DNA of 64,000 nucleotides from Alphaproteobacteria bacterium (GCA_963555825.3 CAUVXB020000001.1:2016001-2080000), one strand, 5' to 3'; counted from the first letter of the stretch, positions 49,762 to 59,617 are shown. Notes: generated from the letters alone by a model not told the origin. Numbers and translations are program-made.

Positions 49762-50724
49762 TCAGCCCGCGTCCTCGTCCGCCCGCGCTTGCGCCGCCGC
49801 CCGGTCGCGTTGGTGGGCGCGCCAGCTTTGCGCCTCGATGAAGACGCGGGTGACTTCGGGGTGGGCCTGCTTGACGCGTTGCTCGATCGACGAGATGGTG
49901 TCCTCGACGTCGCCGGCGGTGAGCGTGTCGGTGAAATCGAGGCTCAGCGTCAGCAGCACGTCGGTCGGCCCGATGTGCAGCGTCAACAGCTCGTTAATGC
50001 GCCGGATGCCGGCGGTTTCCGAGACGATCTCGTTGACGCCGCGGACGATGTGCGGGCTGGCCGCCTCGCCGATGAGAAGGCCCTTGCATTCGTAAGCCAG
50101 GATGGCCGCCGTCAGGGCCAGGATTACGCCGATGACGATCGACGCCGCGGCATCGGCCCAGACCAGGCCGAACTGATCGACGAGGGCGATGCCGATCAAC
50201 GCGACGAGCAGGCCGAGCATCGCCGCCGAATCCTCGAACAATACGGTGAACACCGTCGGATCCTTGCTCTCGCGGACCGCCTCGAGATAGCCGCGGTCGC
50301 CCTTGGTGGCCCGGAACTCCTTGAACGCCACCGACCACGAGACGCCCTCGAACACGATCGCGAAGCCGAGCACGATGTAGTTGATGTAGGCGTCCGTCAT
50401 CGGGTGCGGGTGCGCGAGCTTGTCGAAGCCCTCATAGAGCGACAGACCCGCGCCGACGGCGAAGACCAGCAGCGCCACGACGAAGGCCCAGAAATAGACC
50501 TCGGCGCCGTAACCGAACGGGTGCGTCGCGTCGGCTGGCCGGCTCGCGCGGCGCAGGCCCAACAGCAGCAGGAACTGGTTGCCGGTGTCGACCAGCGAGT
50601 GGATCGCCTCGCTCAGCATCGCCGAGGAGCCGGTGTAGGCCGACGCGCCGAACTTGGTCGCCGCGATCAGCCCGTTGCCGGCCAGTGCGGCGTAGATCAC
50701 CTTCTTCGACGACTGCGACGCCAT
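49762..50724 (-). CDS. Cation diffusion facilitator family transporter
   Basis: 'SAMLSEAIHSLVDTGNQ', 'HPFGYG', 'FEDSAA'. Confidence 0.92.
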   Translation of the reverse strand: MASQSSKKVIYAALAGNGLIAATKFGASAYTGSSAMLSEAIHSLVDTGNQFLLLLGLRRASRPADATHPFGYGAEVYFWAFVVALLVFAVGAGLSLYEGFDKLAHPHPMTDAYINYIVLGFAIVFEGVSWSVAFKEFRATKGDRGYLEAVRESKDPTVFTVLFEDSAAMLGLLVALIGIALVDQFGLVWADAAASIVIGVILALTAAILAYECKGLLIGEAASPHIVRGVNEIVSETAGIRRINELLTLHIGPTDVLLTLSLDFTDTLTAGDVEDTISSIEQRVKQAHPEVTRVFIEAQSWRAHQRDRAAAQARADEDAG

Positions 50725-50890
50725 GACGCCCCCACACCCAGATCAGAGCGCCCGAGTATACGATGGATCGGCGCCGTGCGGACAACCCGCGTCGGCGGCG
50801 ATTTGAGCATCGTGCGCTCAATCGCCGCGCTCGCTCTCGCCGAACGGTCGGCGGCCCTCCTCTTATTGGAATCGAGACTGACGCAAGCTG

Positions 50891-50930
50891 GCATCATCCG
50901 ACCGATCGGCATCGATCGGATCATGCTCTA
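50891..50930. repeat. Dispersed palindromic element (copy 2), overlapping the TAG stop of the DUF6134-like gene
   Basis: GCATCATCCGACCGATCGGCATCGATCGGATCATGCTCTA; 4 mismatches over 36 bp to copy 1. Confidence 0.7.
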
Positions 50931-51624
50931 CGGAATCTGGTAGAGGATCTCCGAGCCGTCACGCGCGATCAGCCGCAGGCGCACCAGCATGCCGTCGGCG
51001 CCGTACCACAGCTCGCGCTCGACATCGCCCGAAACGATGTAGCGGGTCGCGCGCACCGGACGTCCGGCGACAGACACGGTCTCCGGGCCGGCCCAGTGGA
51101 CCACGACCTCGAGGCGGTCGCCGTCCTCGACACCGAGCAACGTGGCGTTGTCGACGAGATCGCGATGCCACAGGCTCGAGGGCGCGATCGACGGCGGGCG
51201 GCGCCGTCCAACGCCCGCCGTCGGCGGTGACCTCGATCACGCCGGCCTCGGCGAACGCGCGTACGGCGTGACGCTCGCCGTCGTCGTCGGTCGTCGAGTC
51301 GAACGACACCAACCGGCCGGCGCGCCACACCTCGCGCGCGTCGAGCGCATAGCGATAGAGCGTAATGAATCCGAAGGCGACCTCGATACGAACGGCAGTC
51401 GAGACGGTCACGCGATCGCCCTCGGTGCGGACCGTTACGGTATAGCTGCCGATCGGCGCGCCGTCGCGCGTGACGCGGTATTCGACGGCATGGCCGTCGG
51501 GCAGCCGCACGCTTAACGGCGCCGCCCGCGACACCGACGCCACCGTCATGCCGGCGGCGAGCAGCACGGTCCCGAGGATAGCGGGCCATCGCCGAAAACG
51601 ATCGCTCCGTCTCAATCGATTCAT
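50928..51624 (-). pseudogene. DUF6134-like exported protein, frameshifted near 51195
   Basis: N-part '..YRVTRDG.PIG...FITLYRY....E.W..GRL' continues in another frame as 'SIAPSSLW...ERELWYG.DG.LV...DGSEI.Y'. Confidence 0.7.
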
Positions 51625-52037
51625 AGTCGTTTGCCGCGTTGTTCGTGATTGCGCACTCAGACTGAGCGAGATAATTCCTGCCCGCGGAATGTCAAGGACC
51701 GCGCGGCGCGGACGGCCCCGTGGCCGGGCCTCTCGATCGACGCTATTGTTGAAGGCCTAGCCCGGCAATCGGTGAGGATCTCCTCATGACCGACAGCTTG
51801 CCCGTCGTCGCATCCACCCGCCAAGCACCGTGTGCGCCGCCACGGTGAGGGCGGCCGCGACCGTCGGCGATCGCTCCATGTCTGACACCGATTGGGCCGC
51901 CATCAAGGCGATCTGCGACTGAGGCGCGATTGGTCCGAACCACGCGGCACGAACCTGCCCGAATTCCGATCCAATGATACTTTCCAGTATGCCAAAGTCC
52001 TTGTCTTCAAGGATTTCATCATATTTATTGAACGTTC

Positions 52038-53620
52038 GTAACTGCCCAGGTAGGTCTGGGCCTATCAAGCATCGCGGAGACGAGCGATCAGGGTTTCGGG
52101 ATTTTCCATGAGCGCGGGAATGATGTTCCAGCCCTGTTTTTTGGCGGTCGAGATGAAGCCGCGGATGGTCGCGAAGTCGTTCGCCCCTTGTTCGGATCGG
52201 AAGCCGCCGGAGATTTTCTGCTTGAGCTTCGCCATGCGCACGTCCTGCTCGGCCTGATTGTTGGTGAAGGGCACGGCGAGGTTGGCGAGGAAGCGTAGCG
52301 CGTCTTCCTTGCGCGCCTGAAGACGTAGGAGAAGGTTGTGGCCGGTACGGCGCGGCTTGCGTCCACGGCGCTTGGCCTGGCCCTCGGCCGGTGCGGGGCC
52401 GAGCGGGGGCTGGGCCTCGTGAAAGCGGATGCCCTCGGCCGTGATGGCGTCCCACCATCGTCGGAAGCCTTCGACGAGGCTCGGTTGCAGCGCCACGCCC
52501 CGCTCCCGGGCGAGGTTTGCCGCGTGGCAGGCACGGCGGAGCAGCCTTTGCATCTTGCGCGCCCAGCCTTCCTTCTCGATCTCGATCAGGGCTTGCAACT
52601 CTCGAAGGTGATGGGCGTTGCACAGCGCATGGTCCACGCCTTGCATCGTGAAGTACGGCTTCCAGTGGTCGTGCACGACGATGCCGGCGACGCCATCGAG
52701 CAGGCTGCCGCGCCCGGCCGAGACCCGGTAGAAGGTCAGCCCGGCACTCGAGGCGACGTGCAGCCATTGGGTCCGCCCGCCGACCCGCAAGCCGGTCTCG
52801 TCCATGTGCTTGACCGGCGCCGATTTCACCAAGTCGCGGATCACCTCGACGACGCCTTCGAAGCGCCGGGCGCGGCTTCGGCCCATCCGCGCGACGGTCG
52901 CCGGAACCAGGGCGACGGCGAACAGATCCGCCATCAACTCGGCCAGACGATCTTCGGGCAAGAGCTGGTAGTGCGACAGGTAGACCACCATGGCCCCGAT
53001 CCGCGCGCCATACCGCACCGGGCCGGTGACGCCAGCGGGAAAGGCGGCCCTGGTTTGCCTGCCACATAGCCCGCAACGGCAACGATGCGCCCGATGCTCC
53101 ATGACCACCAGGGGCCGGGGCTCGGGCAGATCGAAAACCTGGCGGGCGCCATGGCCGGTGGACATCTCCGGCGTCAATCCCGAACCACAGTTCGGGCAGG
53201 TCTCGGGATAATGATCGGTAATCGCGTCGGGTTCGGCGACTTGGCGCAGGGTCTCGCCCTCGTGGCCCTTCTGCCCGCCCGGCTTGCGGCCCGACTTCTC
53301 GCGCAGGCTCCCGGTGCGCCGCCGCTTCTGCTTCCCCGCCGGCGGCTTGCTCAGTCCATCGCTGGACGGCGGCTTGCCGCTGTTGGTGCTGTTCAGGCCG
53401 AGCCGGCGCTCGAGTTCGTCGAGCCGTGCCGCCAGAGACAGCACCAAATCGATCAGTTCGTCTTTCGACAAGAGGGCAAGGGCTTCACGATTCATTGGAT
53501 TCTTGAATCGCATCACCCCCTGCTTGTCAATCAAAACCTAGGCATTCAGTCCATCAAACCTACAAAATCTGCCCGTCCGTCCTATCCAGCCGCTCGGCCA
53601 TCGGCTACCTGGGCAGTTAC
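52038..53620 (-). mobile_element. IS66-family element (single-ORF type) with 8-bp target duplication
   Basis: Perfect 16-bp IRs GTAACTGCCCAGGTAG / CTACCTGGGCAGTTAC; GAACGTTC repeated at 52030-52037 and 53621-53628. Confidence 0.95.
52065..53534 (-). CDS. IS66-family transposase
   Basis: 'NS.NS.KPPSSD', 'GGQKGHEG', CxxC fingers, 'DETG', 'LC.AHHLREL', 'TNN.AE.D.R..K.K.KISG'. Confidence 0.95.
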   Translation of the reverse strand: MIDKQGVMRFKNPMNREALALLSKDELIDLVLSLAARLDELERRLGLNSTNSGKPPSSDGLSKPPAGKQKRRRTGSLREKSGRKPGGQKGHEGETLRQVAEPDAITDHYPETCPNCGSGLTPEMSTGHGARQVFDLPEPRPLVVMEHRAHRCRCGLCGRQTRAAFPAGVTGPVRYGARIGAMVVYLSHYQLLPEDRLAELMADLFAVALVPATVARMGRSRARRFEGVVEVIRDLVKSAPVKHMDETGLRVGGRTQWLHVASSAGLTFYRVSAGRGSLLDGVAGIVVHDHWKPYFTMQGVDHALCNAHHLRELQALIEIEKEGWARKMQRLLRRACHAANLARERGVALQPSLVEGFRRWWDAITAEGIRFHEAQPPLGPAPAEGQAKRRGRKPRRTGHNLLLRLQARKEDALRFLANLAVPFTNNQAEQDVRMAKLKQKISGGFRSEQGANDFATIRGFISTAKKQGWNIIPALMENPETLIARLRDA

Positions 53621-53646
53621 GAACGTTCAGCAAATCACCATATACT
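53621..53646 (+). promoter_or_regulatory. Right half of an IS-disrupted palindromic operator plus -10 box (TATACT)
   Basis: Removing the IS and one TSD copy gives TTTATTGAAC|GTTCAGCAAA followed by TCACCATATACT. Confidence 0.6.
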
Positions 53647-53733
53647 GCACCGATTGACGCCCCGATTGGGTATCGGCGGGGGTCCGCGGCCGACGCGGTT
53701 CGGCCGTCGCGGACGATCGACCGGGAGGACGAC

Positions 53734-54525
53734 ATGGCGGGACTCGAACGCAGCGACCGGGGCGCGGTACGCAGGCTCACGCTCAACCGGCCCGAGGCGC
53801 GCAACGCGCTCAATTTCGCATTGCTTCAGGCGCTGCGCGCGGAACTGGCCGCCGCCGCAGAGGCCGACGCCGGTGTCCGCTGCCTGATCCTGGCCGGTGC
53901 CGGCAAGGGCTTCTGCGCGAGCGCCGACGTGCGCGAGTGGTCCGCGCTCGCCGCAGCCGGCAACGACCGGCCCAAGGGCCGTGACTGGGTCGCCGAGGCG
54001 CACCGGCTGGTCGCCGAGCTGGCCGAATTTCCGCGCCCGACCATCGCGGTGATCAACGGCGCCGTCGCTGGCACCGGGGTCGACCTGGCGCTCGCCTGCG
54101 ATTTCCGCTTCGCCGCCGACGACGCGCGCTTCATCTGTTCGTACACGCGCATGGACTACCCGCCCGACGCCGGCGGCACCTGGCTGCTGCCGCGCGTGAT
54201 CGGCCCCGAGGCGGCCAAGCGCTTCGCCTTCACCGGCGCGCCGTGGGACGCACAGAAGGCGTTCGCCCGCGGCATGGTCGGCGAGGTCCACCCGGCCGCC
54301 GAAGTCCTCGCCGTGGCCGAGGCCTTCGCCGCCGAACTCGCGACCGGTCCGACGGTGGCGCAGATGCACGCCAAACGCCTGATCGACACCGCCCACATGC
54401 GCAGCCTCACCGAGCAGCTCGACGCCGAAACCCTCGCCGGCCGGGCCTGCAAGCAGACCGACGACGCCAAGGAAGCGATGCGCGCGGCGGTCGAGCGGCG
54501 CGCACCCGTCTTCATCGGCCGCTAG
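53734..54525 (+). CDS. Enoyl-CoA hydratase/isomerase family protein
   Basis: 'LNRPEARNAL', 'FCASAD', 'P.IA.ING...G.G..LALACD.R'; GGGAGG RBS. Confidence 0.92.
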   Translation: MAGLERSDRGAVRRLTLNRPEARNALNFALLQALRAELAAAAEADAGVRCLILAGAGKGFCASADVREWSALAAAGNDRPKGRDWVAEAHRLVAELAEFPRPTIAVINGAVAGTGVDLALACDFRFAADDARFICSYTRMDYPPDAGGTWLLPRVIGPEAAKRFAFTGAPWDAQKAFARGMVGEVHPAAEVLAVAEAFAAELATGPTVAQMHAKRLIDTAHMRSLTEQLDAETLAGRACKQTDDAKEAMRAAVERRAPVFIGR

Positions 54526-54542
54526 CCATAGGAGAACACGCC

Positions 54543-55703
54543 ATGGACTTCGCCCTGAGCACCGAGCAGAACCTCCTCGTCGACTCGCTGCGCGCCTTCA
54601 TCGAGCAGGAGCTCTACCCCTATGAGCAGGAGGTCGACCGCTCGGGCGAGGTGACGCCCGAGCTCGCCGCGCAGATCCGCGCGCGCGCCCTCGAGCAGGG
54701 TTTCTACGCCGCCAACATGCCCGAGGACGTCGGCGGCGCCGGCCTCGACACGGTGACGCTGGCGCTCGTCGAACGCGAGCTGGGCGCCGCGAGCTGGGCG
54801 CTTCAGACCCATGTCGGGCGGCCGTCGAAGATCCTGCTCGCCTGCCAGGACGATCAGGTCGAGCGCTACCTGATGCCCTGCGTGCGCGGCGAGAAGATCG
54901 AGTGCTTCGCGCTGACCGAACCGGGCGCGGGTTCCGACGTCATGTCGATGTCGACGCGCGCCGAGCCGGACGGCGACGGTTTCGTACTCAACGGCGCCAA
55001 GCATTTCATCAGCCATGCCGACATCGCCGACTTCGCCATCGTCTTCGCCGCTTCGGGCGAGACGGAGACGCCGCGCGGCCCGCGCAAGCTGATCACCGCC
55101 TTCCTGGTCGACAAGGGCACGCCCGGCTTCGACGTCGGCCGCGGGGCGGCCTGCGTCAGCAACCGCGGCTATCACCAGAACGAGCTGGTCTTCACCGACT
55201 GCCGGCTCGGGCCCGAGCAGGTCCTTGGCGAGGTGCACAAGGGCTTCGACATCGCCGGCGAATGGCTCTTCGACGGCCGGCTGATGGTCGCCGCCAACTG
55301 CGTCGGGCGGGCACGCCGGGTGCTCGACATGACGCTCGACTGGGCGGCGACGCGCAAGCAGTTCGGCCAGACGATCGGGCGCTTCCAGGGTGTCTCGTTC
55401 AAGCTCGCCGACATGGCGACCGAGCTGCACGCCGCCGAGATGATGACCTTCCACGGTGCCTGGCAGCACGACCAGGGCGCGCTGACCGACGAGGGCGCCG
55501 CGATGGCCAAGCTGTTCGCGACCGAGATGCTCGGCCGGGTCACCGACAACGCGGTGCAGATCTTCGGCGGCATGGGGCTGATGGAGGATCTGCCGATCGA
55601 GCGCTTCTGGCGCGACGCCCGGGTCGAGCGCATCTGGGAGGGCACCTCCGAAATCCAGCGCCACATCATCTCGCGCGCCATGCTGCGCCGGCTCGGCAGC
55701 TGA
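54543..55703 (+). CDS. Acyl-CoA dehydrogenase
   Basis: 'FALTEPGAGSD', 'NGAKHFIS', 'RKQFG', 'QIFGGMG', 'IWEGTSEIQR'. Confidence 0.95.
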   Translation: MDFALSTEQNLLVDSLRAFIEQELYPYEQEVDRSGEVTPELAAQIRARALEQGFYAANMPEDVGGAGLDTVTLALVERELGAASWALQTHVGRPSKILLACQDDQVERYLMPCVRGEKIECFALTEPGAGSDVMSMSTRAEPDGDGFVLNGAKHFISHADIADFAIVFAASGETETPRGPRKLITAFLVDKGTPGFDVGRGAACVSNRGYHQNELVFTDCRLGPEQVLGEVHKGFDIAGEWLFDGRLMVAANCVGRARRVLDMTLDWAATRKQFGQTIGRFQGVSFKLADMATELHAAEMMTFHGAWQHDQGALTDEGAAMAKLFATEMLGRVTDNAVQIFGGMGLMEDLPIERFWRDARVERIWEGTSEIQRHIISRAMLRRLGS

Positions 55704-55705
55704 CC

Positions 55706-56320
55706 GTGGCCGCACGCGCCGCCCGCACCGACGCCGCCGAGCGCCGCCAGGATCTGATCGCCGCGACCGTCCGCGCGATCGCCGAGCACGGCGTCGCCGA
55801 CTCGACGGTGGAGCGCATCTGCGCCGCCGCCGGCGTCTCGCGCGGCCTGATCAGCCACTATTTCGCCGGCAAGGCCGAGCTGTTGCTCGAGACATACCGC
55901 CAGCTTACCGACGAGCTGGGCCGCGAGACCGCTAGTGCGGCACGGGCGCGTGGCGACGACGCGCTCGGGCAGCTGCGTGCCGCGGTCGAGGTCTCGTTCC
56001 GGCCGCCCGTGTTCGAGGCCGACAAGCTGTCCGTCTGGCTCGCCTTCTGGAACGAGGCGCGCACCACGCCCGAACTCAATGCGCTCAACCGCGACCTCTA
56101 CCGTGGCTACCGCGCGGTGATCACTCGGCTGATGACCGAGGCGGCGCGCGAGCGCGGCGTCGCACTCGACGCGCACCGCGCGACCGTCGGGCTGACCGCC
56201 CTGATCGACGGCCTGTGGCTCGAATGGACGCTGGATGCGGAAGCCTTCTCGCCGGCCGAGGCCGAGGCGGTCTGCCAAGACTACCTCGACCGCCTGTTCG
56301 CCGCGCCGCCGGCATCGTGA
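55706..56320 (+). CDS. TetR-family regulator, BetI-like
   Basis: 'RRQDLI.AT...IAE.G....T...I...AGVS.GLI.HYF.GK'; BetI-type C-terminus 'WLAFW', 'ALIDGLW'. Confidence 0.88.
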   Translation: MAARAARTDAAERRQDLIAATVRAIAEHGVADSTVERICAAAGVSRGLISHYFAGKAELLLETYRQLTDELGRETASAARARGDDALGQLRAAVEVSFRPPVFEADKLSVWLAFWNEARTTPELNALNRDLYRGYRAVITRLMTEAARERGVALDAHRATVGLTALIDGLWLEWTLDAEAFSPAEAEAVCQDYLDRLFAAPPAS

Positions 56321-56368
56321 TAGCCTCGCCGCTCGATCACGAAAACGCCAGACCGGGAGCCGAGCGCA

Positions 56369-56863
56369 GTGACCGATGAATTCATGGTTCAGGCAATCGC
56401 CGAGGCGCGGGCGAGCTACCAGGAAGGCGGCCTGCCGATCGGTTCGCTGCTGGTCAAGGACGGCCGGGTGCTCGGTCGCGGCCGCAACATGCTCTATCAA
56501 AACAGCGATCCAACCGGCCACGCCGAAATGGAGGCCTATCGAGACGCCGCGCGGCGCGCCGCCGAGACGCACACACCCAACGAGATCGAAGCGCTGGTCA
56601 TCGGCGGCACCGTCTACACGACGATGATGCCCTGCGAGATGTGCGCCGGCGCGATCATACGCTTCCAGGCCACGCGGGTCGTCGTCGCCGAGACGCGCAG
56701 CTACCGGCCCTCGGCGACCCAGCGGCTGATGGAGATGCAGGGCATCGAGGTCGTCGTGCTCGACGAAGCGGACTCGGTCGCGCTGGTCGAGACTTACTAT
56801 GCCGAGCATCCGGACAAACGAGAGGCGTGGATGTCGCCATGCGAGCCCGACTTACAGCTTTAG
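56369..56863 (+). CDS. Zn-dependent nucleoside/cytosine deaminase family protein
   Basis: 'EGGLPIGS.L', 'HAE', 'PCEMC'. Confidence 0.88.
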   Translation: MTDEFMVQAIAEARASYQEGGLPIGSLLVKDGRVLGRGRNMLYQNSDPTGHAEMEAYRDAARRAAETHTPNEIEALVIGGTVYTTMMPCEMCAGAIIRFQATRVVVAETRSYRPSATQRLMEMQGIEVVVLDEADSVALVETYYAEHPDKREAWMSPCEPDLQL

Positions 56864-57579
56864 GCGCGCCGCTTGGCGTCGCGGCGGCCGTGTTCCTGCT
56901 GTGCGCCGGGCCGGCGCGCGCCGAGGCCGAGGTCGACCTTCAATTGATCCTGGCGATCGATTCGTCGGCGAGTATCGATACGCAAGAGTTCGACCTGCAA
57001 ATGGCCGGCATCGCCGCAGCGTTTCGCGACGGCGAGGTCGTCGAGGCGATCCGCTCGGGTCCCTTCGGGCGGATCGCCGTTGCCGCCATATTCTGGGCCG
57101 AGGCGGGCTACCCGATCGACGCGACGCCGTGGTACGTCGTCGGCGACGCCGCCAGCGCAGTCGTCTTCGCTCGGACCATCGCGCTTTGGCCGCGCCGGGT
57201 CGAGGGCGGCACCGGCATCGGCAGCGCGATCTTCACCGGCGTCAAGATGCTCGAGGCCAGCGGATATATCAGCCCACGCCAGGTCATCGACCTCTCGGGC
57301 GACGGCCGCGAGACGACCATGCGCGAGTTCCGCATCACGCCGAGCCTGGCGCGCAACATGGCGGCGGGCCGCGGCATCACGGTCAACGGCCTGGCGATCC
57401 TGGACGACGAACCCGACCTCGGCGCCTATTACCGCCACGAGGTGATCGGCGGTCCGGGCGCCTTCGTCGAGATCGCCGACACGATCGACGACTTCGCCCG
57501 GGCGATGCGCGTCAAGCTGTTGCGCGAGATCGAACACCGCCCGGTGGTCGGCCAGATCGCCGCCCCGCCCGCGTCCTGA
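56839..57579 (+). CDS. DUF1194 (vWA-like) exported protein
   Basis: Signal peptide, 'LAIDSSAS', 'IDLSGDG', 'VIGGPGAF', 'KLLREI'. Confidence 0.85.
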   Translation: MRARLTALGAPLGVAAAVFLLCAGPARAEAEVDLQLILAIDSSASIDTQEFDLQMAGIAAAFRDGEVVEAIRSGPFGRIAVAAIFWAEAGYPIDATPWYVVGDAASAVVFARTIALWPRRVEGGTGIGSAIFTGVKMLEASGYISPRQVIDLSGDGRETTMREFRITPSLARNMAAGRGITVNGLAILDDEPDLGAYYRHEVIGGPGAFVEIADTIDDFARAMRVKLLREIEHRPVVGQIAAPPAS

Positions 57580-57602
57580 CCCAGCTCGAAAGCGAGACGA
57601 CC

Positions 57603-58607
57603 ATGACCGAAGGCCTCACGACGCCGCTCACCGATCTCCTCGGCATCGCCGCGCCGATCGTCCAGGCGCCGATCAGCGACCTCGTCCGGCCACCGCTCGT
57701 CGCGGCGGTATCGAACGCCGGCGGCCTCGGCGTCCATCCCTTTTCCTGGAGCGAGCCTGCGACGCTTGACGGCATCATCGCGGAGACCCGCGCGCTGACG
57801 GCCAAGCCGTTCGCCGTCAACCTCGCGCTCTACCTCGATCAGGACGAGCGCCTCGGCGTCTGCCTCGACGCCGGTGTCGCTTTGGTCTCCTTCTTCTGGG
57901 GCGATTCCAGCCAGTTGGTCGGTCGCGTGCATGCCGCCGGCGCCAAGGCGATCCAGACGGTGGCGAGCGCCGACGAGACGAAGCGCGCGGTCGACACCGG
58001 CGTCGACGTCATCGTCGCCCAGGGCTGGGAGGCAGGCGGCCACGTCCGGGGTGAGGTCGGCTCGATGGCGCTGATCCCCGCCGTCGTCGACGCGGCCGGT
58101 GACGTGCCCGTCATTGCCGCCGGCGGCATCGCCGACGGCCGCGGTCTCGCCGCGGCGCTCATGCTCGGCGCCGCCGGCGTCTGGATGGGCACCCGCTTCG
58201 TCGCGAGCCGCGAGGCCGTCACCCATCCCGGCTACCTCGACCGCCTTGTCGAGGCGCGCGAAAACGAGACCGAGATCGGCACCCTGTTCGATCTCGGCTG
58301 GCCCGATGCGCCCCACCGGACGCTGCGCAACAGCACCATCGAAGCGTGGCGCGCCGCCGGCTCGCCGCCCTCCGGCGCGCGCCCCGGCGAGGGCGAGCCG
58401 GTCGCAGCCTACGCCGACGGCAGTCCGATCCTCCGCTACGAGCATGAGCCGCCGGCCAATGACATGACGGGCGACTGGGAGGCCATGACGCTCTTCGCCG
58501 GGCAGGGCGTCGCCTTGGTCGGCGACGTCAAGCCGGCGGCCGACATCGTCGCCGACACCGTCGCCGAGGCGCGCCGTGTGCTGGCGCGCTGGGCAGGGGC
58601 GGCATAG
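57603..58607 (+). CDS. Nitronate monooxygenase/FabK-like FMN enzyme
   Basis: 'PIVQAP', 'AVSNAGGLG', 'QGWEAGGH', 'AAGGIADGRG', 'MGTRF'. Confidence 0.9.
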   Translation: MTEGLTTPLTDLLGIAAPIVQAPISDLVRPPLVAAVSNAGGLGVHPFSWSEPATLDGIIAETRALTAKPFAVNLALYLDQDERLGVCLDAGVALVSFFWGDSSQLVGRVHAAGAKAIQTVASADETKRAVDTGVDVIVAQGWEAGGHVRGEVGSMALIPAVVDAAGDVPVIAAGGIADGRGLAAALMLGAAGVWMGTRFVASREAVTHPGYLDRLVEARENETEIGTLFDLGWPDAPHRTLRNSTIEAWRAAGSPPSGARPGEGEPVAAYADGSPILRYEHEPPANDMTGDWEAMTLFAGQGVALVGDVKPAADIVADTVAEARRVLARWAGAA

Positions 58608-58727
58608 CCACGCCATGACCGGCGCGCGCGATCGAAAAGCCCGCGACTTTCGAGCTCCCGACCGGCTATCGTGGCCGCCGACGCGCTGGTGCGAATTGCC
58701 GATCAATAATTCCAACAAGGAGAGACC

Positions 58728-59540
58728 ATGAGTGACATCGTCAGGACCACGCGCCGCGGCAAGGTGCTGGAAATCGTCTTCGACCGACCGCCGGTCAACG
58801 CCATCAACCGGGCCGCGAGCCGCGCGCTTTACGGCGCCTTCGCCGAGCTGCGCGACGACCCCGATCTGATCATCGGTATCGTCACCGGCACCGGCGACAA
58901 GGTCTTCTCGGCCGGCTGGGACCTCAGGGAAGCGTCGACGCCCGGCTACGACACGATCGACGAGAACGATCCCGAGCAAGGCTCGGGTGGCGGCGGCTTC
59001 GCCGGCAATACCGAGCTGTGGGACTGCCACAAGCCGCTGATCGCCGCCGTCAACGGCGTCGCGGTCGGCGGCGGATTTGAGCTGGCGCTCGGTTGTGACC
59101 TGATGGTCGCCGCCGAGCACGCCACCTTCGGCCTGCCTGAGATGCAGCGCGGTCTGCTCGCCGACGCCGGCGCGATCCAGCGCCTGCCCCGGCGCATTCC
59201 TTACAATGTCTGTATGGAGCTGTTGCTGACCGGACGCTGGATGAGCGCCGCCGAGGCCATGCAATGGGGCCTCGTCAACCGTGTCGTGCCTGCCGACAAG
59301 CTGATGGACGAAGCGCGCGCTTTGGCCAACGAGATCGCCGAAGGCGCCCCGCTCGCCATGCAGGCGCTCAAGGCGATCATGCAGGAGATCGAGATGCTGC
59401 CGCTCCGTCAAGCCATGGCGAAGTCCAAGAAGGGTAAGAGCGGCGTCGACGCCTACGAACGCATGGCCCAATCCGAGGACTACCTAGAGGGCCCCCTCGC
59501 CTTCACCGAAAAGCGCAAGCCCAATTGGAAGGGCCGCTAG
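58728..59540 (+). CDS. Enoyl-CoA hydratase, CaiD (carnitinyl-CoA dehydratase)-like
   Basis: 'FSAGWDL', 'GGFAG.TE', 'KP.IAAVNG.A.GGGFELAL', 'EGP.AF.EKR.P.WKGR'. Confidence 0.88.
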   Translation: MSDIVRTTRRGKVLEIVFDRPPVNAINRAASRALYGAFAELRDDPDLIIGIVTGTGDKVFSAGWDLREASTPGYDTIDENDPEQGSGGGGFAGNTELWDCHKPLIAAVNGVAVGGGFELALGCDLMVAAEHATFGLPEMQRGLLADAGAIQRLPRRIPYNVCMELLLTGRWMSAAEAMQWGLVNRVVPADKLMDEARALANEIAEGAPLAMQALKAIMQEIEMLPLRQAMAKSKKGKSGVDAYERMAQSEDYLEGPLAFTEKRKPNWKGR

Positions 59541-59568
59541 GCGCTGAAGCCACCGAGGAATTTGCGCC

Positions 59569-59597
59569 GTAGGGGCGGGTTTCAAACCCGCCCCTGC
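59569..59597. repeat. REP-type palindrome GTAG-GGGCGGGTTT-C-AAACCCGCCC-CTGC
   Basis: GTAG tetranucleotide followed by a near-perfect hairpin, the layout of RAYT-associated REPs. Confidence 0.75.
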
Positions 59598-59617
59598 AAA
59601 CATCGTAACCCTGTGAT

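Noticed and set aside
51784-52037. Minus-strand frame 'TFNKYDEILEDK...' as a gene interrupted by IS66
   Set aside because: After removing the IS a TGA lies immediately upstream in that frame; the site is better explained as a promoter/operator.
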